Shown here in pieces: positions 1 through 13,607 of a stretch of DNA of 64,000 nt. A program made the position numbers and the translations under genes. Source of the stretch: Mobula hypostoma (Eukaryota). Position 1 is the stretch's first letter, and every line of letters begins with the position of its first letter. Under the pieces are notes generated by a model. That model had not been told where the DNA came from. It made no database searches and worked only from the letters and a program-made list of their open reading frames with translations. The stretch is taken from positions 221,776,001 to 221,840,000 of the forward strand of contig NC_086097.1 of NCBI RefSeq assembly GCF_963921235.1. The letters are read 5' to 3'.

Positions 1-242
1 TTTTTAATGCAGGCACTATGTTAAATTATTACTATCTGGATGTAGCTTAAATACAATGAATTATATTGTGTATAAGCTTCAAAGTGTTTCTGATGTAATA
101 TCATTGCTGCAATGTGCTGAAAAGTAATAATTATTAACATTAAGATTAAAATATGAAAGCACGTACAATATGTATTAATTCTATTAAAGCACCATAAGTG
201 TGATAATTCATTAAGAAACACAAGATATACACATTTTGAGGG

Positions 243-264
243 AGAGAGAGAGAGAGAGAGAGAG
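243..264. repeat. (GA)n microsatellite
   Basis: Run of GA dinucleotides visible in the sequence. Confidence 0.9.
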
Positions 265-417
265 TCAATGAAAGACCACACCCACTGGGTCTTCAACCAG
301 TGTGCAAAAGACAACAATGCAAATACAAGAGGAAAGAATAATAAGCATAAATAAGCAAATATTGAGACCATGAGATGAAGTGTCCTTCACTGTGAGTCCA
401 TGGACATGATAAGTTTT

Positions 418-2050
418 GCAGATGCTGAAAATCCAAAGCAACATACACAAAATGCTGGAAGATCTCAGCAGGTAAGGCAGCATCCGTGGAAACAAACAGT
501 TGATATTCTGGGCCGAGGCCCTTCTTCAGGACAGTAAAGGAAGGGGGAAGATGCCAGAATAGAAAGGTGGAGGGAGGGGAATAAGGATTGCTAAAAGGTG
601 ACAGGTGAAGCCAGGTGCGTAGGAAAGATAAAGGCCTGGGGAGGAAGGAATCTGATAGGAGAGGAGAGTGGACTATAGAAGGAATAGGGGACCCAGGGGG
701 AGGTGATTGGCAGGTGAGAAGAGATAGGAGGCCAGAGTGGGGAATGGAAGGGGGGGAGGAAGAGAAAAGAATTATTTTACTGGAAGGAAAAATTTAATTC
801 ATGCCATCAGTGAAGTGGAATATAAAGTGTTGCTCCTCCATTGTGGCACAAGAAGAGGCCATGGACCAACGTGTCGGAACGGGAATGGGAATTAAAATTT
901 TTGGCTACTGGAAAGTCACACTATTGGCAGATGGAGCAGAGATGCTCGACGAAGCAGTCCCCCAATTTTCGACAGGTCTCGGCAGTGTAGAAGAGGGCAC
1001 ATTGGGAGCACTGGACACAATAGACGTCCACAGCAGATTTGCAGGTGAAGTGTTGCTGCATCTGGAAGGACTGTCTGGGGTCCTGAATGGAGCTGAGGGA
1101 GGAAATGAATGGGCAGGTGTAGCACTTTGGTCACTTGCAGGGATATGTGCGGGGAGGGACGAATGGACAAGGGAACCGTAGAGGAAGTGATTCCTGCAGA
1201 AAGCAGAGAGGGGAGAAGGTAAAGATATGTTTGGTGGTAGGATCCCTTTGGAGCTAGCAGAACTTGCAGGGTCTGATGTGTTGGATGCAGAGGCTCATGG
1301 GGTGGTAGGTAAAGACAAGACGAACTCTATCGTTGGTGGCAGAATGATAGGATGAGTGCAGATGTTTGGGAAATGGAGGAGATGCGAGTGAGGACAGCTT
1401 CAATGGTGGAGGAAAGGAAATCCTGTTCTTTGAAGAAGGACACATCTCTGATGTTCTGGAAAGGAGAGCTGCATTATGGGAACAGACATGGTGGAGGCGA
1501 AGCAACTGAGAAAAGGGAATAACATTTTTACAGGAGACAGGGTGAGAAGAGGTATAGTGAAGATAACTGTGGGAACTGATAGGTGTATAAAAGATGTTGG
1601 TCAACAGAGATGGAGACAGAGAAATTAAGAAAGGGAAAGGAGGTGTCAGAAATGGACCACATGAATTCAAGGACAGGGTGGAAGTTAGGGGCAAAATTGA
1701 TGAAATTGATGAGCTCAGCATGGGTGCATGAAGCAACACCAATGAAGTTATCAATGTAGTGGAGGAAGAGTTGTGGAGAATTACTGGGGAAGGCTTGGAC
1801 ATGGACTGTTCTACATAGCCAACGAAAAGGCAGGCATAGCTGGGCACCATGCGGGTGCCCATGGCGACACCTCGAGTCTGGAGATCTGAAGGAAAAATCG
1901 ATGAGGGTGTGGAACAGATCTGCCAGATGGAAGAGGCATTCTGGCATCTTTCCCCTTCCAGTCTAGACTTGGCCTGAAATGTCTACTATTTATTCATTTC
2001 TATGACCTGTCTGGCTTGCTGAGTTCCTCCATCATTTTGTGTGTGTTGCA
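418..2050 (-). mobile_element. Penelope-like element (PLE), degenerate: RT and GIY-YIG remnants, 3' pLTR at ~418-600, inverted pLTR fragment at ~1940-2050
   Basis: Minus-strand ORF pieces MGTRMVPSYACLFVGYVEQS, YIDNFIG and LVFTYHP match PLE RT motifs. A Cys-rich GIY-YIG-like region lies at ~900-1100. A decayed hammerhead (CTGAAGA-stem) is on the minus strand at 498-533, and a pLTR-like segment is on the plus strand at 1940-2050. Confidence 0.85.
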
Positions 2051-2715
2051 GTGATTCCATAGCTTGTGGTAACATTTCCGTGATGGGACAAGTGAAGTTG
2101 GGGTAATAATTGTTCCTGAACCTGGAGGTGCAAATACTGAGGCTCCTGTATCTTTTTACTGATGGCTACATCTAGAAGAGAGCATGTCCTGGGTGGTAGA
2201 GGTATACTGCTTTCCTGTGACAACGCTGCGTTTAGATGTGCTCAATGGTGGGAAGGGCATTACCTGTGATGGACTGGGCCATATACACTACTTCTTGTAG
2301 GATTTCCCATTGAGGATCATTAGTGTTTCCATACCAGACTGTGATGCAGCCAGTTAATATTGTCTCCACCACGGATCTATAGACATTTGTCAAAGTTTTA
2401 GACATCATGCAGAATCTTCACAAACTCCTAAGGAAGTAGAGGCACTGCTGTGTTTTCTTCATAATTACTCTTGCATACATACCAGGTCTCTGAAATGATA
2501 ACACCAAGGAATTTAAAGTTGCTCACCCTCTCCCCTTCCCCTGAAGTCAATAATCAGCTTGGTGATATTGAGTAAGAGGTTGTTGCTATGGCACCACTCA
2601 GCAAGATCTTCAGTCTCTCCCATCATCACCTTTGAATCGGCCTGCGACAGTGGTGTCATCAGCAAACTTGAATATGGCATTGCAGCTGTGCTTATCCACA
2701 CAGTCATAAGTGTAA
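2050..2715 (-). mobile_element. Rex1/Babar-type LINE fragment (RT end and 3' region); its 3' UTR probably continues at ~265-405
   Basis: The LAEWCHSNNLLLN..KLIIDFR motif (ORF 2513-2770) matches the other Rex1 copies in the window. Confidence 0.7.
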
Positions 2716-3092
2716 AGCATCTTTTACTTAGAAGCAATTTACTTAATAAATCTATTGCCCCTATAACCAATGTACCTGTACCCAGTGTTTGTAATCACCT
2801 GAGTTAAAGATAAATATTGGAAGTTAAACAAATTACCAATTGGCAGATTTTATAAACACTACTTATGCCTTACATCAGCAGGATTCCCAATATCTTAGGT
2901 ACCTGATGCAACTCAAAGGCAAGGTGCACTCCTTAAGGACAACATGGATTGTGCCTGGAAGAAGGAGTACTATAGGAGCAGAAGCTGCAGACTGAAAATT
3001 TAAGGATTGGTCACATAGGGAAGAGGCCAGTACCAAGGTTTCAGTCAATGTGCTGGAGTTATTGCAGTAAGCAACAGAGGAAGAACAGACAC

Positions 3093-3180
3093 AAAGGATC
3101 TCGGCCCGAAATATCAATTGTTTATTCTTTTCCATAGATGCTGCCTGGCCTGCTGAGTTCCTCCAGCTTTTTGTGTGTAT
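3093..3180 (+). mobile_element. PLE pLTR fragment with partial hammerhead (stem II-GAAA)
   Basis: ggatctcggcccgaaatatcaa...gatgctgcctggcctgctgagttcctccagc resembles the pLTR at 20960-21044. Confidence 0.75.
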
Positions 3181-5209
3181 TATAGTTAATCTGACCAGTT
3201 GAAGAATGAATTCAGTAGTCAAGTAGTATCTCCTTCAAACTCAGGATTAACACCATCGGCTTCTCTTTTCATGTAATCTCTATTATACATCTACAAGGAT
3301 ATTGTTGCATTTTCCCTTTTCTTTAGAAGAAATTTCTGATTAAGTTGATTTAGCAGTAGAAAAAGAAGCACTTAAGTAAGCATTGCTGTACATCATGGAG
3401 AAGCACATCGATGAGGATATGGTCACAGAGAGTGCCGGTCAGATTAATGATCTGTGCATTTAACCCCCTCTTCCCATTCCTCCTTCACCCTATACTAACG
3501 TCTAACTCACAGGTCAAAGATATTGACTGTTTGCTCACCAAAACCCAGCCCTTGTTCCTTTTCCTATTCACATGGTTTGCAGCTTCAGCCCTTGCAGTCA
3601 GAAGAGAAGGGGAAAGGTGAAGGAGAAATGGTAACTTGGATCTGCCGCTGCATATGTTGAGACTATTATAAAAATGATGTCTGCAAGTAATGAGACAAAT
3701 GGCCCTGGAGAAGGCTCAGAATCAGAATCAGGTGTATTATCACCGGCATGTGTCGTGAAATTTGTTAACTTAGCAGCAACAGTTCAATGTAATACATAAT
3801 GAAGAAGAAGAAGAAATAAATAAATCAATTACAGTATATGCATATTGAATAGATTAAAAATAATGCAAATAACAGAAATAATATATATTAAAAAGTGAGG
3901 TAGTGCTCAAGGGTTCAATGCCATTTAGGAATCGGATAACAGAGGGGAAGAAATTGTTCCTGAATTGCTGAGTGTGTGCCTTCAGGCTTCTGTACCTCCT
4001 ACTTGATGGTAAGAGTGAGAAAAGGGCATGCCTCGGGGGCTGGAGGTCCTTAATAATGGACACTGCCTTTCTGAGACACCACTCCTTGAAGATGTCTTGG
4101 GTACTTTGTAGGCTAGTACCCAAGATGGAGCTGACTAAATTTATAGCCCTCTGCAGCTCCCTTTGGTCCTGTGCAGCTCCCCCCCACCCCTCCATACCAG
4201 ACAGTGATGCAGCCTGTCAGAATGCTCTCCACGGTACAACTATAGAAGTTTTTGAGTGTATTTGTTGACATGCCAAATCTCTTCAAACTCCTAATAAAGT
4301 ATAGCCGCTGTCTTGTCTTCTTTATAGCTGCATCGATATGTTGGGACCAGGTTAGGTCCTCAGAGATCTTGACACCCAGGAACTTGAAATATCTCACCCT
4401 CTCCACTTCTGAACCCTCTATGAGGATTGGTATGTGTTCCTTCGTCTTACCCTTCCTGAAGTCCACAATCAGCTCTTTTGTCTTACTGACATTGAGTGCC
4501 AGGTTGTTACTGCGGCACCACTCCACGAGTTGGCGTATCTCACTCCTGTACACCCTCGTGTCTCCATCTGAGATTCTGTCAACGATGGTTGTATCATCAG
4601 CAGATTTATAGATGGTATTTGAGCTATGCCCAGCCACACAGTCATGGGTATAGAGAGAGTAGAGCAGTGGGCTAAGCACACATCCCTGAGGTGCACCAGT
4701 GTTGATCGTCAGCGAGGAGGAGATGCTACCACCAATCCACACAGATTGTGGTCTTCCGGTTAGAAAGTTGAGGATCCAATTGCAGATGGAGGTACAGAGG
4801 CCCAGGTTCCGTAACTTCTCAATCAGGATTGTGGGAATGATATAGTTAAATACTGAGCTATAGTTGATGAACAGCATCCTGACATAGGTGTTTGTATTGT
4901 CCAGGTGATTTAAGGCCATATGATGAACCAACGAGACCTATTGTGGCAATAGGCAAATTGTAATGGGTCCAGGTCCTTTCTGAGGCAGGAGTGCAGACTA
5001 GACTTGACCAACTTCTCAAAGCATTTCATCACTGTCAATGTGAGTGCTACCGGGTGATATTCATTAAGGCAGCCCACATTATTCTTCTTAGGCACTGGTA
5101 TAATTGTTGCCTTTTTGAAGCAAGTAGGAACTTCTGCCCATAGCAGTGAAAGGTTGACAATGTCTTTGAATACTCCCGCTGGTTGGTTGACACAGCTTTT
5201 CAGAGCCTT

Positions 5210-6984
5210 TCTTTCTTCCTTTTTCAATCTTTTTATTAATATCAAATTGTTAAACATAGTACAAAGTTAATACAAAGTTATTGGGATTACATTGTTAATA
5301 ATTAACATATATAAATATAAACTCAATTGGCACAAAGGTATTAAACAAAATACAAATATAATATACAAAAAAAAACAGAAATAGCATGAAAGAGGAAAAA
5401 AAACTAAATACCCCCCCAAAAAACTAATCTAAACAATGCTAACCAACTAAACTAAGGAAAAGAAAAAGACATGGGCTGTTTTGTAATGTCAAAAAGAACC
5501 ATTAGTATCATTGACTTTGCTCCTCTCTGCATATATTTAAAAGAAATAGAATAGGTTTGGAAAAGGTCAAATTACATCAGATGGAAGTGTTGAATAAGTA
5601 GCCTCCAAGTCTTTTCGAATTTAATAGAAGGATCATAAATGACACTTCTAATTTTTTCTAAAATTTCTAAGGCAGGATACTTGGTAGTGTGGAGGAGCAG
5701 AGGGATCTCGGGGTACATGTCCACAGATCCCTGAAAGTTGCCTCACAGGTGGATAGGGTAGTTAAGAAAGCTTATGGGGTGTTAGCTTTCATAAGTCGAG
5801 GGATAGAGTTTAAGAGTCGCAATGTAATGATGCAGCTCTATAAAACTCTGGTTAGGCCACACTTGGAGTATTGTGTCCAGTTCTGGTCACCTCACCATAG
5901 GAAGGATGTGGAAGCATTGGAAAGGGTACAGAGGAGATTTACCAGGATGCTGCCTGGTTTAGAAAGTATGGATTATGATCAGAGATTAAGGGAGCTAGGG
6001 CTTTACTCTTTGGAGAGAAGGAGAATGAGAGGAGACATGATAGAGGTGTACAAGATAATAAGAGGAATAGATAGAGTGGATAGCCAGCGCCTCTTCCCCA
6101 GGGCACCACTGCTCAATACAAGAGGACATGGCTTTAAGGTAAGGGGTGGGAAGTTCAAGGGGGATATTAGAGGAAGGTTTTTTACTCAGAGAGTGGTTGG
6201 TGCGTGGAATGCACTGCCTGAGTCAGTGGTGGAGGCAGATACACTAGTGAAGTTTAAGAGACTACTAGACAGGTATATGGAGGAATCTAAGGTAGAGGCT
6301 TATATGGGAGGCAGGGTTTGAGGGTCGGCACGACATTGTGGTCCGAAGGGCCTGTACTGTGCTGTACTATTCTATTCTATTCTAAATTTAATCGCGACAT
6401 AGTTTTAGAGAACCAATAAAATGTGCTGGGAGGATTGATCTCTTTTCAATTCAGCAAAATGGATCTTCCAGCCATTAATGTAAGAAATGCAATCATCCGA
6501 CGAGCTGAAGAGGTTAAATGATTTGGTTCTATCCTTGGTAAACCAAAAATTGCGATAGTAGGGTGAGGTTGTAAATCAATACTCAGAACAGTTGAAATAA
6601 TATCAAAGGTATCTTTCCAGTGTTTTTTCAAAAAAGGACATGACCAAAACATATGAGTTAAAGAAGCTATCTCAGAGTGACATCTATCACATACGGGATT
6701 TATATGGGAGTAATAACGAGCTAATTTATCCTTAGACATATGGACCCTATGTTCTACTTTAAACTGTATCAATGCATGTTTAGCACATATAGAGGATGAA
6801 TTAACTAATTGAAGAATTTTTTCCCATTTTTCAATAGGTAAAGTAAGCTTAAGTTCCCTTTCCCAATCATTCTTAATTTTATTAGATACGTCTAGATGTA
6901 TTTTCATAATTATATTATAAATAGTTGCTAATACACCTTTCTGAAAAGGATTTAAATCTAATGGCAACTGTTTATAATTTTAAA
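5210..6984 (-). mobile_element. L1-clade LINE 3' fragment (ORF2 C-terminal Cys/His region, 3' UTR, AATAAA and A-rich tail)
   Basis: ORF 6446-6967 contains CDRCHSEIASLTHMFWSCP. Flanking duplication TTT(T/C)CAGAGCCTT at 5197-5209 and 6985-6997. Confidence 0.85.
5671..6384 (+). mobile_element. CR1 LINE, 5'-truncated young copy inside the L1
   Basis: ORF 5689-6321 contains LYKTLVRPHLEYCVQFWSP and RRMRGDMIEVYKI. (TTCTA)n tail. Very similar by eye to 39389-40095. Confidence 0.95.
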
Positions 6985-8955
6985 TTTCCAGAGCCTTAAT
7001 GAGTACTCCATCGGGACCTTCCGCCTTGTGAGGGTTCACTTTCTTTAAAGACAGTCTAACATCGGCCTCTGAGACAGAGATCACAGGGTCATCAGGTGCA
7101 GCAGGGATCTTCACAGCTGTAGTTGTGTTCTCCCTTTCAAAGTGTGCATAGGAGGCGTTGAATTCATCTGGTAGTGAAGCATCGCTGCCATTCATGCTAT
7201 TGGGTTTCGCTTTGTAGGAAGTAATGTCTTGCAAACCCTGCCAGAGTTGCTGTGCATCCGATATCGCCTCCAACCTCATTCAAAATTTTCTCTTCGCCCT
7301 TAAAATAGCCCTCTGTAGATCATACCTGGTTTTCTGGTACAGGCCTGGGTTGCCAGACTTGACTGCCACAGATCTAGCCTTCAGCAGACAACGTATCTCC
7401 TGGTTCATCCATGGCTTTTGGTTTGGGAATGTACAGCAAGTCTTTGTAGACACACACTCATCCACACAGCTTTTAATGAAGTCAGTAACAACTGCAGCAT
7501 ACTCATCCAGGGTCGAAGACGAATCCCTGAATACAGTCCAGTCCACCCATTCAAAGCAGTCCTGTAAGCGCTCCTGTGCCTCTCTTGTCCATACCTTCTT
7601 GGTCCTCACTGCTGAAGTGAGGGCGTGGAATAGCATGGTAGGCATTCTTGATGGTGGTGTAGCAATGGTCCAGTGTGTCGTTTCCTCTGGTATTGCAAGT
7701 GATCTGTTGATGGTAATTGCTTAGTGATTTTTTCAGACTGGCCTGGTTAAAATCCCCCAAAACGATGGTGAAGGCATTAGGTGCGTTGTTTTGGAGAAAG
7801 AGCAGTGAGCAAATATGGTGCAGATACGGACTTAGATGGAGTACTGTATTTGGTGCTTTTGCAAAGGAATTAAAGGAGGAACCTTGTGGTCTAGATTACA
7901 GAAAGCTAATAGGTTTACTTAATCAAAGCTTTGATGTACTAAGAGGACCATTAGGAAACCAGTACTCATTGTCAGGAAGCAGGGAAGTTCAGCTCAATTT
8001 GGCAGAGTGGTTTTCAAAAAAAAATCAAAGTGCATCCTTTTTAACCTGGGATGTAAGATTTCCTGTGTCAGCACCATTTTGGACCACCCAAGATGCCGTA
8101 TCATAGGCTCAGTGCAAAACAAATTGTTCCGACTGCAGCGAAAGGCAATTTTCATCGCAGATCTGAATGCTGTACAGTATTCGAAACTCTAACTGCTGCC
8201 ATCTTGGCTTTGGATACCGGATTCCAAGGCAGCAGAGCAATTTATCAGTCTGCTATGTAACACTACAGCAGGATTCATGAGGTGTCAAGACGTAAGCAAT
8301 GTTTTTCAGCACAAGAAATTTACTTCAAGAGCAGCCAATCTGTCTTGCCTTCACATTTTTTGTTAAGGGTAGGAAAACGTCGAGATTACGTTAGCGAGAA
8401 CTATTCCAGGAACTACCTTGAATGTCGCAAAAGGAAAGAAGGGGTGGAATGGAATTGTGTGAGAGTGCTCCTTTATCTACAGTATATTTAAAGTTGCATT
8501 TAGCTGCACAAGTGTAAAACAGGAATAAGAATAGGATTAAAGGTTGACAGTGGCTAGTCTGAATCTAGTCTGAATCTTACATTGATTAGTATTGTCTTCC
8601 CAACGGCAAAAAGATTGCAGTCATTCCAAAAATTACAATCCTTTGCATAGATTGACAACTCTTACTCTTCCCGTTCATTCAGAAAATTCAAATCAATACT
8701 TTCTTTTCACAGACTCTCTGATCAGGGGAAACAGCACTCTCCTCCCCATTCCCTCTTTAATATTTGAAAAACCTCAGCTTTTCAATTTGATGTGGAAATA
8801 GTCCTGCTGTCTTCTATCTCTCTTCATCATTCTAGTTACCTATCATGAATTAGCTGAGTATTTAATGTCTTTTTCATCAAGATTACATTAATAAAGTTAT
8901 ACAGTAGCACAGGATGGAAACAGGGCCACTGGCCCAACCACTCCATGCCAACAAA

Positions 8956-11485
8956 ACCATAAGACCATAAGACAAAGAAGCAGAAGTCGGCCATTCGGCC
9001 CATCAAATCTGCTTCGCCATTCTATCATGAGCTGATCCAATCTCCCATTTAGTCCCACTCCCCTGCCTTCTCACCATAACCTTTGATGCCCTGGCTACTC
9101 AGATACATATCAATCTCTGTCTTAAATACACCCAATGACTTGACCTCCACTGCCGCCCGTGGCAACAAGTTCCACAGATTCACCACCCTCTGGCTGAAAA
9201 TTTTTTTTTTGCATCTCTGTTCTGAATGGGCGCCCTTCAATCCTTAAGTTATGCCCTCTCGTACTATACTCTCCCACCATGGGAAACAACTTTGCTACAT
9301 CCACTCTCTCCATGCCTTTCAACATTCAAAATGTGTCTATGAGGTCCCCCCTCATTCTTCTAAACTCCAAGGAGTACAGTCCAAGAGCAGACAAACGTTC
9401 CTCATATGTTAACCCTCTCATTCCCGGAATCATTCTAGTGAATCTTCTCTGTACCCTCTCCAATGTCAGCACATCCTTTCTTAAATAAGGAGCCCAAAAC
9501 TGCACGTAGTACTCCAAGTGAGGTCTTACCAGTGCCTTATAGAGCCTCAACATCATATCCCTGCACCTATACTCTATTCCTCTAGAAATGAATGCTAACA
9601 TTGAATTCACCTTCTTCACCACCAACTCAACCTGGAGGTTAACCTTAAGGGTATCCTGCACAAGAACTCCCAAGTCCCGTTGCATCTCATAACCTTGAAT
9701 TCTCTCCCCATTTAAATAATAGTCTGCCCGTTTACTTCTTCTGCCAAAGTGCATAACCATACACTTTCCAACATTGTATTTCATTTGCCACTTCTTTGCC
9801 CATTCTTCCAATCTATCCAAGTCCCTCTGCAGACTCTGTTTCCTCAGCACTACCAACCCCTCCAGCTATCTTCATATCGTCAGCAAACTTAGCCACAAAG
9901 CCATCTATTCCATAATCCAAATCGTTGATGTACAAAGTAAAAAGAAGCGGCCCCAACACGGACCCCTGTGGAACACTGTGCAGCCAACCAGAATGGGATC
10001 CCTTTATTCCCACTCTTTGTTTCCTGCCAATCAGCCAATGCTCTATCCATGTAAATAAACCCCGTAATTCCATGGGCTCTCATCTTGTTAAGTAGCCTCA
10101 TGTGTGGCACCTTGTCAAACACCTTCTGAAAATCCAAATATACAACATCTGCTGCATCTCCCTTGTCTAGCCTACTTGTAATTTCCTCAAAAAATTGCAA
10201 TAGGTTTGTCAGGCAGGATTATCCTTTAAGGAAACCATGCTGAGTTCTGACTATCTTGTCATATGCCTCCAGGTACTCCATAATCTCATCCTTGACAATC
10301 GACTCCAACAACTTCCCAACCACCGATGTCAAGCTAACAGGTCTATAATTTCTTTTTTGCTTCCTTGCCCCCTTCTTAAATAGCGGAGTGACATTTGTAA
10401 TCTTCCAGTCCTCTGGAACCATGCCAGAATCTATTGACTTTTGAAAGATCATCCTCCGTAATCTCCACAGCTACTTCCTTCAGAAATTGAGGGTGCATTC
10501 CATCTGTTCTGGGAGATTTATCTACCCTTAGACTATTCAGCTTCCTGAGTACTTTCTCTGTCGTAATTGTGACTGTGCACACTTCTCTTCCCTGACACCC
10601 TTGAGCGTCCGGTATACTGCTGATGTCACGTCTTCCTCAGTGAAGACTGATGCAAAATACTCATTCAGTTCCTCCGCCATCTCCTTATCTCCCATTACAA
10701 TTTCTCCAGCATCATTTTCTATCGGTCCTATATCGACTCTCACCTGTCTTTTACTCTTTATATATCCTCTTATTCTTTTAGTATCCTCTTTGATATTATT
10801 TGCTAGCTTCCTTTCATAGTTCATCATTTCCCTCTTAATGACCTTCTTAGTTTCCTGTTGCAAGCTTTTAAAAACTTCCCAATCCTTTGTCTTCCCACTA
10901 ATTTTTGCTTCCTTGTATGCCCTCTCCTTTGCGTTAACTTTGGCTTTGACTTCTCTTGTCAGCCACGGTTGCATCCTTTTTCCGTTAGAAAATTTCTTCG
11001 TTTGTGGAATATATCTGTCTTGCACCTTCCTCACTTCTTGCATAAACTCCAGCCACTGCTGCTCCGTCCTTCCCACTAGTGTCCCTTTCCAGTCAACTTT
11101 GGCCAATTCCTCTCTCATGCCACTGTAATTTCCTTTATTCCACTGAAATACCAATGCATCGGATTTTGGCTTCTCATTCTCAAATTTCACAGTGAACTCA
11201 ATCATGTTATGATCATTGCCTCCTAAGAGTTCCTTCACGTCAATGTCTCTAATCATCTCTGGTTCATTACACAACACCTAATCCAGTACAGCTGAACCCC
11301 TAGTGGGCTCAACAACAAGCTGTTCTAAAAAGCCATCTCGTAGACATTCTACAAATTCTCTCTCTTGAGATCCAGTGCCAACCTGATTTTCCCAGTCCAA
11401 TCACATGTTAAAATCCCCCACAATTATTGTAACACTGCCCTTCTGACAAACCTTTTCTATTTCCTGTTGTAATTTGTAGTCCAAG
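8956..11485 (-). mobile_element. CR1 LINE, frameshifted ORF2
   Basis: ORFs 10537-11277, 10219-10452 (NYRPVSLTSVVGK), 9813-10073 ([14 protein letters not shown]) and 9326-9856. (TCTTATGG)n tail. Confidence 0.95.
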
Positions 11486-11674
11486 CAAATGGAACTGGCT
11501 AATCCAATGCCAGTCCCATTTGCTTACATTTTGCCCATATCCCTGTAAACCTTTTCTATTTATGCTTTTATCCAAGTGTCCTTTGAACATTATTGTATCT
11601 GCCTCAACCACTTGTGCCCTCTGGTTTTTAGTTCCTCTTCCCTGGAAAAAAGACTATGTTCGTCCACCCTATCT

Positions 11675-13607
11675 ATCATCATCATCATCAGGTGCCATGC
11701 CCAGTTTGAGCTTTGACTGCCGTGGCCCACACACTCCTGTTTCGGGTCAAGTGGATCAATTCATTGGTATTCATTTCCAGTTCTCTGGTTGCTGTCTCCA
11801 TCATCATTTGTCTTTGCCTTTCTCTTGCCTTCTTCCCTTCAATCTTTCCCATAATTACCGTGCATTCTAACTCCTCTTTCCTAATCACATGTCCAATGAA
11901 GATACGTTGCCTTTTCATGATCTCATACATTATTTCTTTTTTTGTGCTTGCTCTGTTCATGACATTTTCGTTAGATATTCGTTTTGTCCATGATATTCTT
12001 TGCATCCTCCTCAAAAACCACATCTCTGCTGCTTCAATTCGTTTCCTCATGTTACTAGATATTGTCCAGCATTCTAAACCATATAAAATAATTGGATAAA
12101 CATAACATTTCAGTATTCTGAGGCATGTTGTCATGCCTAGTTTAGTGTTGGTCAGTATATTCTTCATTCTCATAAAGGTATCTTTTGCCATCCCTATTCT
12201 TTTATGTTGCACCTGCCATCCAATGTCACCCAGCTTCCTAAGTAGCAAAAGTTCTGTACTTGTTTTATGTCTTCCCCATTTATTCTCAGCCTGCAGATAT
12301 GATTCTCCTTCTTTTTGGATATCACCATACATTCTGTCTTTTTGCAATTGATAGATAGACCCATTTTTGCACTTTCTTCAACAACTACATCAATTAAGTT
12401 TTGTAGTTCTTCCTCCGTGCTTGCGATTAATACAGTGTCATCCACATATCTGAAATTATTGATGTTTTCACCGCCAACTTTGATTCCCAAGATGTCTCTT
12501 ATTTTATGTAATATTGTTTCACTGTATACATTAATAAATCAGGGGAGAAACCACACCCTTATCTAACACCTCTCTTGATTTTGACTCACTTCTCCATCTA
12601 TTCTTACAGCGGCAGTTTGTTCCCAGAACAGATTTCTGATTAGTGGAGGTCTTTCGAATCTAGATCTAGAGTTTCCTGTAATATTTCAAATAACTTATTG
12701 TGCTTCACTTTATCAAATACTTTTGTGTAGTCGATAAAACAAACAAACAAATCTTTTTGCACTTGAATAGCTTGTTCTGATAGTATCCTTAACATCAATA
12801 TCATGTTTCTTGAACCTTTGTCCTTCACAAAGCCACATTGTTCTTTACCTATTTCAGCCTGCATCTTACTTCTAGCTCTTGTCATCAAAATTCTTAGAAG
12901 TATCTTGGTGATATGACTCATTAAACTTATGGTCCTATGTAATTCACATTCTGTTGCTCCAGGTTTCTTTGGAAGAGTGATAAATACTGATCTTTTCATT
13001 TCCTCTGGTATTATTCCAGTCTCATAAATGTCATTGATTAAATCAGTAAGTTTTTCAATTCCACAATCTTCAAGGGTGATAATTTGTTCTATTACTAATT
13101 CATCAGGACCTGCTGCCTTTCCTTTCTTCATCTTATTTATTGCATTACGAACTTCAGATTTTAAAATACTTGGACCTTCAATGTTCTTCTCAATTTCTGG
13201 TTTTTCGCCTCGATCGTCTTCAAACAATTCCTGAATATACTCAGTCCATCTGTTCATAATCTCATCTTTTTCCATAATAATGGTACCATCCTTTGCTTTC
13301 AAACATCCACCTGAAGAACAGAGGAGCTTTTTACCAGTGATATTCTTGATTTGTTGATGTAACCTTTTTGGATCAGTAATAGGGATTCTTTCTAGTTGCT
13401 CACAATTCTGGTTTAACCATTCTTCTTTGGCTTTTTGACATAAGCTTTTAACTTTTTTGTCTAAGGACTTATATTCTATAGGACTTGCTTTCTTCTGTCT
13501 CCTTCCTTCCATTATATTTTTGATTTCATCTGTCATCCATTTATTCTTTGTGCTTTTTTCTTTTTTAGGAATCACTGACTTTGCTGATTCTACCAAGGCA
13601 TCCTTTA
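11675..13607 (-). mobile_element. RTE-clade LINE, 5'-truncated
   Basis: ORF 12640-13662 (HRTISLMSHITKILLRI, FIDYTKVFDKV), 12194-12490 (RYVDDTVL) and 11688-12347. (GAT)n 3' tail at 11675-11690. Confidence 0.93.

Larger units (their letters stand above)
3716..7790 (-). mobile_element. Rex1/Babar-type LINE (APE end to RT), split by an L1 insertion at ~5210-6984
   Basis: ORFs 7551-7760 (GDFNQ..LDHCY), 7280-7645, 6980-7279, 4910-5257 and 4113-4931 ([24 protein letters not shown]). (GATTCT)n 3' tail at ~3716-3731. Confidence 0.9.

Noticed and set aside
7717..8106. 129-aa plus-strand ORF
   Set aside because: It starts in antisense Rex1 and runs into unique DNA with no recognisable homology.
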